Origin: Ostreococcus lucimarinus
Taxonomy: Eukaryota
DNA length: 64,000 nucleotides
Assembly (NCBI GenBank): GCA_000092065.1
Contig: CP000584.1
Reading direction: 5' to 3' (one strand)
Below are positions 38,358-48,000 of the stretch, piece by piece; positions within the stretch are counted from its first letter, which is position 1; each line of letters begins with the position of its first letter. The translations under genes and the position numbers were made by a program. The notes under the pieces were generated by a model. It was not told where the DNA came from, searched no databases, and worked only from the letters and a program-made list of their open reading frames with translations.

Positions 38358-38433
38358 GTAGCCAAAATGTCATGTCAAATTTCAGGTCTATGCGCGAGTC
38401 ACGACGAACGGTCGAGTGGACTGATCGCGGATT

Positions 38434-39432
38434 TCATTTCGTGGCGTACAGGTCTATCATTGTCGAGAATCGCTCGCGCGGTGGGGGTGGTTCTTCAAGG
38501 GGGTCAAAGCCAAAATATTCGCGCAGCTGTCCTATCACTTCTTCGCGCACATCTAGTTCCGGCCACGCGCGCAAGAAGCGGTTCACCGTAGGCGTGAGCT
38601 CGCGTAGCGACACGTAGCCGTCTCGTTGATGTGACAGTGCGATTTGGACGATCAATTCCACCGCGCTGACGTACATTCGTTGCCAATCGACGACGTAATG
38701 CGCTGAATCGGGCGCGCCGTGATCTTGCGCGTATCGCAAACATTCAATCTCGTTCACATAGGCGGCAGCACCGCACGTCAACTCGTCCCAGCGACACCCG
38801 TGCTCGTGTGCGTACTTCAAACACTCCAAATGTCCTTTTTCAGCGGCATTCTGGCACGTCTCTTCGTTCCAAGGACACCCGCGCTCGTGCAAGTACTTCA
38901 AACACTCCAAATGTCCATTCGAAGCGGCATACGCGCACATTTCCTCGTATAAAGGACACCCGCGCTCGTACGCGTACTTCAAACACTCCAAATGTCCATT
39001 CTCGGCGGCAGCACCGCACGTCTCCTCGTTCCAAGGACACCCGTGCTCGTGCGCGTACTTCAAACACTCCAAATGTCCATTCTCGGCGGCATTCGCGCAC
39101 GTCAAGTCGCTCCAATCACACCCGCGCTCGCGCGCGTACTTCAAACATTCCAACTGTCCACTCATGGCGGCACTCGCGCACGTCTCCCAGTTCCACTCGT
39201 ACCCGAGCTCGAGCGCCAACCGCAAGAGTTCCAAGTCTCCGAGAAACGCCGCGCACGCCGGCACCGCCGCGCTCGTCGCAATCACAGCCGTCCCGACACG
39301 TGCGAGCGCGTCCAGACCATGATCCGCCCGATATACCGCATAATCATCCTCGTTCTCCACCGCCTCGAGCCTCATCGCCGCGAACGCCCGTCGCAACCGC
39401 CGCCTCGCGCGCGCCGCGCTCGCGCGCTCCAT
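38434..39432 (-). CDS. Degenerate ankyrin-like repeat protein built from a 27-residue GHLECLKYAHEHGCPWNEETC-x-AAE-N unit.
   Basis: At least six tandem 27-aa units (81 nt each) are present: G-H-L-E-C-L-K-Y-A-[HY]-E-[HR]-G-C-[PR]-W-[ND]-E-[ET]-T-C-x-x-A-A-x-N. They lie between roughly 38700 and 39250. The chosen ATG at 39432 is MERASAARARRRL. The ORF stays open upstream to 39768, and the true start is uncertain. A paralog lies at 50932-51882. Confidence 0.6.
   Translation of the reverse strand: MERASAARARRRLRRAFAAMRLEAVENEDDYAVYRADHGLDALARVGTAVIATSAAVPACAAFLGDLELLRLALELGYEWNWETCASAAMSGQLECLKYARERGCDWSDLTCANAAENGHLECLKYAHEHGCPWNEETCGAAAENGHLECLKYAYERGCPLYEEMCAYAASNGHLECLKYLHERGCPWNEETCQNAAEKGHLECLKYAHEHGCRWDELTCGAAAYVNEIECLRYAQDHGAPDSAHYVVDWQRMYVSAVELIVQIALSHQRDGYVSLRELTPTVNRFLRAWPELDVREEVIGQLREYFGFDPLEEPPPPRERFSTMIDLYATK
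38700..39250. repeat. 81-nt periodic intragenic tandem repeat (six or more units) encoding the 27-aa ankyrin-like repeat.
   Basis: Both plus-strand off-frame ORFs (38808..39578 and 38992..39519) show a periodic RTSNTPNVHSRRH / STARLLVPRTPVLVRVLQTLQMS pattern with the same 27-codon period. Confidence 0.6.
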
Positions 39433-40349
39433 CGCCGCCGCGCCGCCGTCGATGTCGACCGTCTCGGAGTGCGCGACGCCAACCGTCGCGTCGAAAAAGG
39501 CGCAAAAAATCGCCTTTAAAAGGTCCGTGTTGCGATACGAATCGTCACGATTTTCCCGCCCGAAACGCACTTTTTTAAAAAGTGACGTTGACGCGAATCG
39601 ACGACGACGCGGCGTCGCCACGCGCGCGCGCGGAATCGAACGGGACGACGCGCTCGAGATGCACCGCGCCGCCATCGCGCTGACGTTCGCCGCGCCGTCG
39701 CCGCTCGCGCGACGACGCACGATCGACGCGACGCCCGCGGATGCGCCCGCGGCGGCGCAAAGACACATCGCGCAGACGAAACGACGCGGGGACGACGCGC
39801 GAGGACGCGCGGAATCGCTCGCCGCGAGCGAACGGCGGGACGCGATGACGGATGAATTGGTGGTGTACGCGCTGGATGAGTTCGGGGGGACGCGAAGGCG
39901 CGAACGACGACGACGAGGGACGCGGGAGGGGACGACGCGCGGGACGCTCGACGGTTTGAGCGCGCGGACGAGACGCGCGAGCGAAGAAAAGGCGACGCGC
40001 GTGATGACGTGGCGCGTGGGCGCGGAAGCGCACGCGCAGACGGCGACGTTGGGGTTGTTGACGACGCCGAGAACGCGCGCGGGGACGCGACGGTCGAACG
40101 CAAACTTGCGGGCGTTGTTCGACTAGACGGCGGGCGACAGCTGGCGAGACGTCGAATCGCGGGGAACGCGTCGACGTCCGATCGCGTCGACGTCCGATCG
40201 CGCGCGCGTCGGTGCGTGCGCTAGAAAACCTAATATGTATACAGCAACTGAATGGCTAGAATGTACTAGAATTTTGTCTCAATAAGAAAAAGGTACCGTA
40301 ACACCCCTCGCGGGTCTCGTCGCTCGAACGCCGCGCTTCGCGTCGCGAA

Positions 40350-41162
40350 TCAGACGATCACCTCTCCCGTCTCCTCGCGAATCACCGCCGCGATGTGCGC
40401 TTTCGAAACCGATCGATTCGACGGCGACGACGTCCACCGCGTGCCGTCGACCGCGCGCGCGTGCTCGAGGCGCGCCGTCGCTCGTCTCGCGACGTCCCTC
40501 GCGCGCGCCCTCGCCGCCGCCGCCAAAACTTTCCCCACGTCCGCGCGCACCCGCATTCCGCGCGCCATCCCTCGACTCACCACCGCTAATCTCGCGCGCA
40601 ATCGCGCCGCCGTGAGCGCTCCTCCCGTGGCGTCTCGACTCGCTTTCGATTCGCCCAGCGGCGCGCCCAGCGCCGTCCGCGTCTCGCTCGCCTTCCCCGC
40701 TCTCTCCGCCCGTCGGCTCCGTTTCTTCGTCACAACCGTCGCGAATCCGCTCCCGATCGCTCGTCGCACCGCGCCGCCATCGCTCGCGCGTCTCCGCGCG
40801 TCTTCGTTCGTCTTCGTCTCGCCCTCGTTCCCGCGTCGTCGTCCCGCGTCGTCCTCGTCCGCAGCCTCCGCGCCCGCTCGCGCCGCGCTCGCGCGCACCG
40901 CGCGCGCCAGCGTCTCCATCAGCGTCGCGTGCGTCGCCATCGCGCTCCGCGACGCGCCGAACGCGCGCGCCGCCTCGTCGTCGACGCGTTTCCGTCCGCG
41001 CGCGAACGTCTCCGCGCCCATTCGCTGCGCGTCGTCGCACGCCGCGCGCACCGCGCGCCAGTACGCCGCGAGGCACGCGCCGCGCGTCGCGTCGTCGAGT
41101 CGCGCGCGCAGGTCGACGAGCGCGTCGCGCGCGCGCGCGCGCGCGTCGGGCGGGCGCGACAT
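40350..41162 (-). CDS. Hypothetical protein (Ala/Arg-rich, 270 aa). Coding status is uncertain.
   Basis: ATG at 41162 (cat at 41160-41162). The translation reads more protein-like, with W, M, D, E and K, than the overlapping plus-strand Arg/Ser/Ala ORF. Its stop at 40350 is followed by an AT-rich island at 40225-40300, which is typical of 3' ends here. Both strands share third codon positions, so the high GC3 is not discriminating. Its ATG overlaps a plus-strand ATG at 41161 in the TVP38 frame. Confidence 0.3.
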   Translation of the reverse strand: MSRPPDARARARDALVDLRARLDDATRGACLAAYWRAVRAACDDAQRMGAETFARGRKRVDDEAARAFGASRSAMATHATLMETLARAVRASAARAGAEAADEDDAGRRRGNEGETKTNEDARRRASDGGAVRRAIGSGFATVVTKKRSRRAERAGKASETRTALGAPLGESKASRDATGGALTAARLRARLAVVSRGMARGMRVRADVGKVLAAAARARARDVARRATARLEHARAVDGTRWTSSPSNRSVSKAHIAAVIREETGEVIV

Positions 41163-41319
41163 GCCGAGACGCCGCGTCGGCGAGTCGCGACACTACGCGA
41201 CGCCGCGCGGCGCCCGCGTCTCCCGCGCGCGCGACGACCGCGTCCGAGGGTCCGCGCGAGCGCTCGCGCGCGCCTCGACCGCGCGCGCGTCGTCTCGGCG
41301 CGCGGGAGCCGCGCGCGCG

Positions 41320-42930
41320 ATGGCGCTGACGTCGACGCGCGCGACGACGACGACGACGACGACGACGGCGCGCGACGACGCGCGACGACGACGCGCGCGA
41401 ACGACGCGAAAAAACGCGACGCGCGCGTTTCCCGCGCCGAGGGACGACGACGCGGCGACGACGACGGCGACGACGGCGCGGACGCGGAATCGAGGGCGGG
41501 CGCGGGTGAACGCGGGCGACGCGCTGCGAGGCTTGTGGAGAGAGATTAAGTATAAACCGCTGAGAGAGGATGAATCGATCGAGGCGGTGGCGCTGATGGC
41601 GGCGCTTGAACTGGCGCGACGAGGACCCGAACCGGGGGAGACGTGGACCGCGGAGCGAGAGGAGATGCGAGCGCGGGCGCGGGCGTCGATTCCGAGCGCG
41701 GTGGGGACGTATTGGCGAGCGAGGAGCGAGGCGCTGATTGAAAGTCAAGCGGTGCGGGACGCGGCGCCGTTGATGTCGAGCGCGGTGAACGTGGCGATCG
41801 CGGGGGTGGTGCTGCGGTTGTTTTTGCCGCGCGTCGCGGCGCTGCAAGCGGTGGGTGGGTTCGACGAGTTGACTGAATTTTTTGGGTTGCCGCCGAGGAG
41901 CGAGTTGAGCGGATATTTGGATCAGTTGCGAGCGTTGCCCGTGGCGGCGGTGTTCGCGGTGTACGTTGGGTTGTTCGTGGCGGAAAAGTTGACGATGACG
42001 GATGAGTTTTTGCCGATCGGCTTCGTGCTGCCCGTGGTGTCGCCGGTGGTGTTCGGCGGCGTCTTCGGAGGGACGATGGTGACGTCGCTGGCGAGCACGC
42101 TGGCGGCGAGCGTCAATTTCTTCCTCGCGCGGTACGTGTTGAAGGATAAGATATTAGGCTTTAAGTGGGGCGAAAGTGATCCCGTGGGCGAGCAAAAGTG
42201 GTTCGCCGCGCTGAGTCGAAGATTCGACTCGTCGCAATTCCCCGAGTCCACGGTGCCCGAGGGGTTCAAGTCGGCGCTCTTGCTCAGGCTGTGCCCGATT
42301 TTACCGATTCCGATAAGTGGGAACTGGTACGTGTGCGGGCTGACGCCTCTCAAATTCAAAGAGTTCTTCGCCGCGCACTTCATCGGAAGCTCGAAGACTG
42401 CGTTCATCGACGCGTATTTAGGTTCAATTTTGCTCACCGCGGTGTTCGACGAGTCATCCGTCAAGGACCAGGCGCAAGGCGCGCTCGTGTTCGAAACCGT
42501 CGCCATCATGGTTGTTTCCATCTTAGTCAGCACGTACGCCACGGAGCTCTTCACGCAGATTCTCGACGAAGAAGGCGTCGACGCGGGGGCGATGATGGGA
42601 TTCGGTTCGGAATCCAAAGACGAAGACGAAGGCGAAGACGCCGTCGACGCCACCGTCGCCTTCATCGCCGCCGCCGCCCTGCCCGTGGAACCAGCCGGCT
42701 CCACGGCGACGAGCGATGATGAACCGAAAGCCGACGACGACGAGAACGACGACGACGCCACGTCGAACGAACCTGAACTCATCCCAATCGAGCGCATGCC
42801 CGAGGATGAAAAAGTTTTAATCGCCGAAGGCGAAGCGCTCTGGCGACGCGCCGCGCGCGTCGAAGCCGAGCGTCAAAAGCTCACCATCGAAGAGATGACC
42901 GATTACGACTCCATGGGACCAGACATGTGA
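41320..42930 (+). CDS. TVP38/TMEM64/DedA-family (SNARE-associated Golgi protein domain) membrane protein with an acidic C-terminal tail.
   Basis: ATG at 41320 (MALTSTRATTTTTTT). An alternative upstream ATG at 41161 would add an Arg/Ala/Ser presequence. The DedA/SNARE_assoc core is LLRLCPILPIPISGNWYVCGLTPLKFKEFFAAHFIGSSKTAFIDAYLG, with multiple TM helices. The C-terminus is Asp/Glu-rich. Confidence 0.7.
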   Translation: MALTSTRATTTTTTTTARDDARRRRARTTRKNATRAFPAPRDDDAATTTATTARTRNRGRARVNAGDALRGLWREIKYKPLREDESIEAVALMAALELARRGPEPGETWTAEREEMRARARASIPSAVGTYWRARSEALIESQAVRDAAPLMSSAVNVAIAGVVLRLFLPRVAALQAVGGFDELTEFFGLPPRSELSGYLDQLRALPVAAVFAVYVGLFVAEKLTMTDEFLPIGFVLPVVSPVVFGGVFGGTMVTSLASTLAASVNFFLARYVLKDKILGFKWGESDPVGEQKWFAALSRRFDSSQFPESTVPEGFKSALLLRLCPILPIPISGNWYVCGLTPLKFKEFFAAHFIGSSKTAFIDAYLGSILLTAVFDESSVKDQAQGALVFETVAIMVVSILVSTYATELFTQILDEEGVDAGAMMGFGSESKDEDEGEDAVDATVAFIAAAALPVEPAGSTATSDDEPKADDDENDDDATSNEPELIPIERMPEDEKVLIAEGEALWRRAARVEAERQKLTIEEMTDYDSMGPDM

Positions 42931-43034
42931 GTTGTTCGCGATCATTAGACACCACGCATTGTTTTAATCGCACCCATCCCATTCCCCTTTCGTTCGCGTC
43001 CCGCACACCGCGGCGGCCGGTACCGTCCGGCGTC

Positions 43035-43817
43035 ATGACCGACCCCACCGCGCGTCTCCGCGCCTTGGTCGAAAACGGCGTCGCCAAACGCTTCGACCTT
43101 CGCGCTTGGTCCGTGCAATCCGGCTGCGCGCGCGCGCGCGCGATCGAGCGCTTAGAGACGCTGCTCGAACAGGCGCGTCCCGACGTCATAAAGCTCATAG
43201 TCATGGAATCGCTTCAGGGGACGCCCGAGAGCGATCTAGACGTCATGGTGTACGGCGAGTGCGCGCCGCGCGCGTTTCTGGAGTTTATCAACGCGCACGC
43301 GCGGACGCTGGCGCTGGAACGCGCGGAAGAGGGAGATGAGACGCGACGCGGCGACGCGCGCGGGACGGCGTCGACGCGCGCGGCGCTGACGTATTACGAT
43401 TTAGGCAGCGGCGCGGGAAAATCCGTGCTCACCGCCGCGTTGTCACCGTATTTCGCGCGATGTCGTGGAATCGAGCTCTTGCCTTGCGTGCACGCGATCG
43501 CGGAAATTTTGGTGGAGGATTTCTCGCGAGACGTGGCGCCGCGAGACGACGGCGTCTCTCCGAGCGTCTCCGTCTCGCTCGGTGACATCTTCGTCGATCT
43601 CTCCTGGATCGACGCGGATTTCGTGTTTTGTAATTGCGTGACGTGGGACGAGGCGACGATGGCGCGATTGGCGTCGCACGCGGCGAAGATGCGACGCGGT
43701 GCTTTGTTCGTCACCGCGCTGTGTCCGCTGCCGAGCGACGCGTTCGAAGTCGTCGCCGAGGACGAGATCGATTTCAGCTGGGGGCGCGTCGACGCCATCG
43801 TCCACCGCAAGACGTAG
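43035..43817 (+). CDS. DOT1-like SAM-dependent methyltransferase domain protein.
   Basis: ATG at 43035; the track ORF from 42927 overlaps the upstream stop. Motif I [39 protein letters not shown] aligns to DOT1L [83 protein letters not shown] aligns to [48 protein letters not shown]. Confidence 0.6.
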   Translation: [260 protein letters not shown]

Positions 43818-44111
43818 CTCTTTTTTAGTTTTATTTTAGCCCGTAGCCGATCCCGCGTTCGTCGCTTTCGACGTCGAGTTTTCGGACGTCCGCGCGCGCG
43901 CGTCGTCCCGTCGTCCCGACTTTGGCCGTTAATCTTCGCTCACTGCTTCGGCGCGCCGCACTCCGTCCCGCGCGAAAAAACTTTCGCCGTGGCGCGCGCC
44001 GAGGTAAAAGCTCGCGCGGTCGATCGTTTCGCGTCGCGCTCGCGCGAACCGAGCGGCGCGCGGTGATACGACGCGGCGTCGCAAACCAAACGTTTAGAAT
44101 CTGTCCCAGCG

Positions 44112-44954
44112 ATGATGATGGTTCAAAGCGCGTCCACGCGCGTCCGAGCGCGCCCGAACGGCGTCGATCGACACCGCGCGACGCGTCGGACGCGCGTCGT
44201 TCGCGCCGCGGACGCCGGCGCGGATCGAGGGATGACGCGGGACGCGCGCGCGACGCGGGAGGTGGTGAGTCAACTGGGCGCGCGGCGAGACGCGAGCGCG
44301 CTGGCGCCGCGAACCGCGCACGGCGCCACGGTGGCGTACGTGCGGCAGCCGATCGAGGCGAAGAATGTGGAATTCATGACGCCGAACTTCGCGGTGTACG
44401 CGCTGTGTGGAGTGGGGTGCTTGTTGGGAAGCGCGCTGAGCGCGGTGCTGCTGAGTTTGATTCCGACGCTTCGAAGCGCGCGGCGAACGATGGATGAGAT
44501 TGCGTATCTCGCGGCGAGCGTGCGCGAGGAGGTGCCAGATACGCTCGCGGCGGTGCGTGTGAGTGGGTTGGAGCTCACGGACGTGATGGAGGAGGTTGGG
44601 GAACTGACGGCGGACGTCGGAGGAGGTTTGCGAAGCGCCGGACGCGGCATCACGGCGAGCGTGAACACGGCGCAGATGGTCGGGCGGTACGCGGCGGCGG
44701 CGGTTCCTGAGGTTCGAAGACGAGCGACACCGATCGTGGGATCGGTAAAGACTGGAACGGTGCGCGTGTTGGAGGAGCGCGCAGACATGGAACCGTACAG
44801 TGGACCCATCATATCGAACACGGCGAAGTCGGCGAAGAAGGGTGTGACGGCGGCGCGAAACGCTTTGAAATCTGCGGATGTGGCTCGAAACGTTGGTCGA
44901 TTATACAAGACGCTTCGCGCGCCGCCTGCGCGCCCAAAGGATATGCCAAAGTGA
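44112..44954 (+). CDS. Hypothetical organelle-targeted single-pass membrane protein; the helical region is DUF948-like.
   Basis: ATG at 44112. The N-terminus has an Arg/Ala/Thr-rich presequence. One TM helix is FAVYALCGVGCLLGSALSAVLLSLIP. It is followed by TLRSARRTMDEIAYLAASVREEVPDTLAAVRVSGLELTDVMEEVGELTADV, similar to bacterial DUF948 stress proteins. Length 280 aa. Confidence 0.45.
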   Translation: MMMVQSASTRVRARPNGVDRHRATRRTRVVRAADAGADRGMTRDARATREVVSQLGARRDASALAPRTAHGATVAYVRQPIEAKNVEFMTPNFAVYALCGVGCLLGSALSAVLLSLIPTLRSARRTMDEIAYLAASVREEVPDTLAAVRVSGLELTDVMEEVGELTADVGGGLRSAGRGITASVNTAQMVGRYAAAAVPEVRRRATPIVGSVKTGTVRVLEERADMEPYSGPIISNTAKSAKKGVTAARNALKSADVARNVGRLYKTLRAPPARPKDMPK

Positions 44955-45035
44955 TCGTCAAATTAGCTTAGTCGCATGTAAGTGTATGATTTACGATTAT
45001 GATTTACAGAAGGTGTGTTTACGTTTGCGAGAGTT

Positions 45036-48000
45036 TCAACGCGGCGACGAAGTCGCGGGCGTCGGAGACGCCGCGATGGCTTTGATCGCGTTGCCGCCAG
45101 AGAGGTCGCGCGCCAAGGATGGAAGCATCTCTTCGATCGGTCGAATACTGGGCAGCGCGCGCACGCTACCGCTGAGCGGAGAACCACCTCGATTGGCGTC
45201 GGCGAGCGGCTGACGAACCGCGCCGAAACCTCCGGCTGGTCGGTTGAGGAGCGCCGCCGTGGATCGTTGCTTTTCGAGCGCTTTTTGCATGTGCATGTCG
45301 CGCGTTTCCGTTTGTTCTCGTTCGAGCAGACGCGTTTTCTCGTCGAGATCGGCTTGCGTGTGTTGCAAGTCTTCCCATATCTTCTTCGTTTCTTCCCGTT
45401 GGCGATGCAACGTGTCCTTGTAACTCGCGATTTTATTCGTCGCTTGAATGTTCAATAACTCGAGATTACTGATCTTCTCGCGCGCTTCATCAAGTTTATT
45501 GCTTAACACTTGCATCTTGGCGTGCTCATCACTTACCGATTTCTCTAAGCGACTGACTTCACGGGAGAATTCTTCCGTCTTTGCGCGGAATTCCGTCGAG
45601 AGTGTCTCGTATGCCACGCGCGTCGTCGCCAACTCGTCTCGCATGCGAAGCTCGCGCGCTTGAGTTTCCTTGGCGGTTTCGTTGCTTCGAGACGCGTAAT
45701 CACGCGCGACTGACTCGGCGGCACGAGCGGACGCGGCTTCGCGTTCGGCTTCAGACATGTTCTTCAACATGTCCAAATACTTTTCGTTGTTCGCTTCCTC
45801 CTTTGAACGCGAGCGCTCAATCTCTGCCTTGGCGTACTCCACATCTTGCTTCCATTTTTCTTGCTGCAACGCCGTGGCCGTGAGCTCCGCCTTGAGTGCA
45901 GACATTTCTTTCTCCACTTGCACGAGCTGATCCGCCTTTTCTTCCAGTGCCTTGGATCGACCTTCCAAAGTGCCGTGCTCCTTCACGAGCGCTTCGTTTT
46001 GGCGTCGGAGATCTTGAAGTTCGGCGCGCGCCTCTCGCTCGCGTTCTTCCGCGGACTTTGCGGCAGCGGTGAACGCGGTGATTTCCATTTGGAACGACTT
46101 TGCCTCGGTTTCGCGCTGCACGAGCGCCTTTTCAGACGTAATGAGTTGCACCTTGGTGGCTTCTTCGCAACGCTGCGCGTCGTGCATCTTTTCGAGCGCC
46201 TCCTCGCGAGCGGCGGCGGCGTTTTCGAGCGCAACCTTGGACGCGGCGAGTTGCTTGTTGGAGTCTTCCAATTTCGCCTTCAAAGCAACCAGAGACATGT
46301 TGGACTTTTCCTTGGCGTCTCGCATGCTCTCACGCTCAGATTGCACCGCCTGCAGAGCGGCGGCGCTCGTCTCCTTGGCGTCGACGACAGCGCTCTCGAG
46401 TTCTTTGCGCTCTCGCGCAAAGTTTGCCCTGTCCTCATCTCTTTGTAATTTCGCCTCGCTCAACTTGCTGAACGCCTCTTCGAACTTCGATTGTAGCGTA
46501 GCCGTGGCCACGGCCGCTGCCTCACGCTGAGTACGAAGGTTGTCGACTTCGCTCTGGAGTTCGTCGCATTTAGCCGACTTGGCGTCGAGCTCGCGACGCA
46601 ACAAACTCTCGCGATGGTTGAGTTCGGCAGACTTCGTCTTCGTCACGTCTTCTTTTTCGGCACGCAACGTAGCGATTTGATTCTTCGCTTCGTCGTACTT
46701 GGCTTTCAAAGTCGCCACGTGAGCGCCCGACGATTCTCGCGTGGTACGCAACGCGGCGATTTCGGCTTCGAGCGCCTCAATCTTCGTCACCTTGTTTTCT
46801 AAGGCGCTCTTAAGCTCCGTTTCGCGACGATGAACCTCGTGCGACGCGGTTTCAATATGGTTTTCTTTATCTTCTCGCGCGGTCTTCAGGGCATTCTTCA
46901 CCTCTTCATATTTGACTTGAAGCTTGGCGGACGAAACGGTCTTGTCGTTGAGATTGGCGCGAAGCGCATCCACTTGCGCTTGGAGCGCCTTGACTTCGGC
47001 GGCTTGAGTCTCCAAATCCGACTTCACTCGCATCATCTCCGCAGCGTCGTTCGAAATATTTGAGTCGCTCGACGGCTTCGCCATCGTTCGCTCTTCTTGC
47101 ACCGCCGCTCGAAGCTCGGCGATTTCATTCATCGCGTCGTCGTACTTGCTTCGCAACGTCGCCGAATCCTCCACCTTCTTGTTGAGTCGTCCACGAAGCG
47201 CCTCGACGTGCGCCTTGAGCGATTCAATTTCTGTGATTTTGACACTCATTTCGGCATCGGTGGCGGTGCGCGTTGAGCGCGCCTCGTTCGAAGCCTCGAG
47301 CGCGGCGATGTGCTTCATGGCCTCTTCGTACTTGTTTTGAAGCTTTTCGAGATTCGCAGAAGAGTCTTCGCGCTTGGATCGGAAACCTTCGAGCTCAGCC
47401 TCGAGTTCGCACACGCGACGAGATTCCTTCGCCGAAACTTCCGAGAACTTCGTGAGCTGCGATTCGAGCTGACCGAGCTCGATGACGAGTTTGGACTTTT
47501 CGCTGACGAGCGCGTCGCGTTGATCCCGCAACTCGCTCGCCGAGCGTCGTGCCTTTTCATTCTCCGCCTTCATCTGCGCCTTATCTTCTTGCCACATCTC
47601 CTTGAACTTACTCACCTCTTCGCTCAACTCGTTGATCGTCGTGTTCTTTTCTTCTAAAAGATCGTCAATCTTCTTATCGAACGAGGCTTCCATGTCCGCG
47701 AACTTCTTCTCCGCCGCGCGACGCGCCGCCATCGCCGCCGACGCCTTGCTTCGAAGGCTTTCGCACTCCTCCTCGTAATCGCGAACTTGGCACACAAGTT
47801 TTTTCTTTTGCCTCTCCATGCGCTCTTCGTTCTCGCGCAAGACTTCAATCTCCACGATTTGATCGCGCTCGCGCGCCTCGGCGCGTTTCGTCTTTTCCCG
47901 TTCGGCGCGCAATTCGTCGTTGAGGGCGTTGAACTTTTCCTGACTCGCGCTCATCGCCTCTTGACGTTTGCGCCCTCGCGCCATGATCAACTCCGTCCGC

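Noticed and set aside
39452-40126. 224-aa plus-strand ORF upstream of the ankyrin-like gene.
   Set aside because: It is Arg-rich with no motifs. It lies in the presumed promoter of the minus-strand ankyrin-like gene, or overlaps that gene's uncertain 5' extension. It is left unannotated pending transcript data.
40279-41847. 522-aa minus-strand ORF composed almost entirely of Arg/Pro/Ala/Gly.
   Set aside because: It is a compositional artefact of CGN/GCN-rich sequence. It is antisense to the TVP38 gene and shares third codon positions with it. It has no motif and no start context. Only its lower part (40350-41162, a different frame) was kept, as a low-confidence hypothetical.
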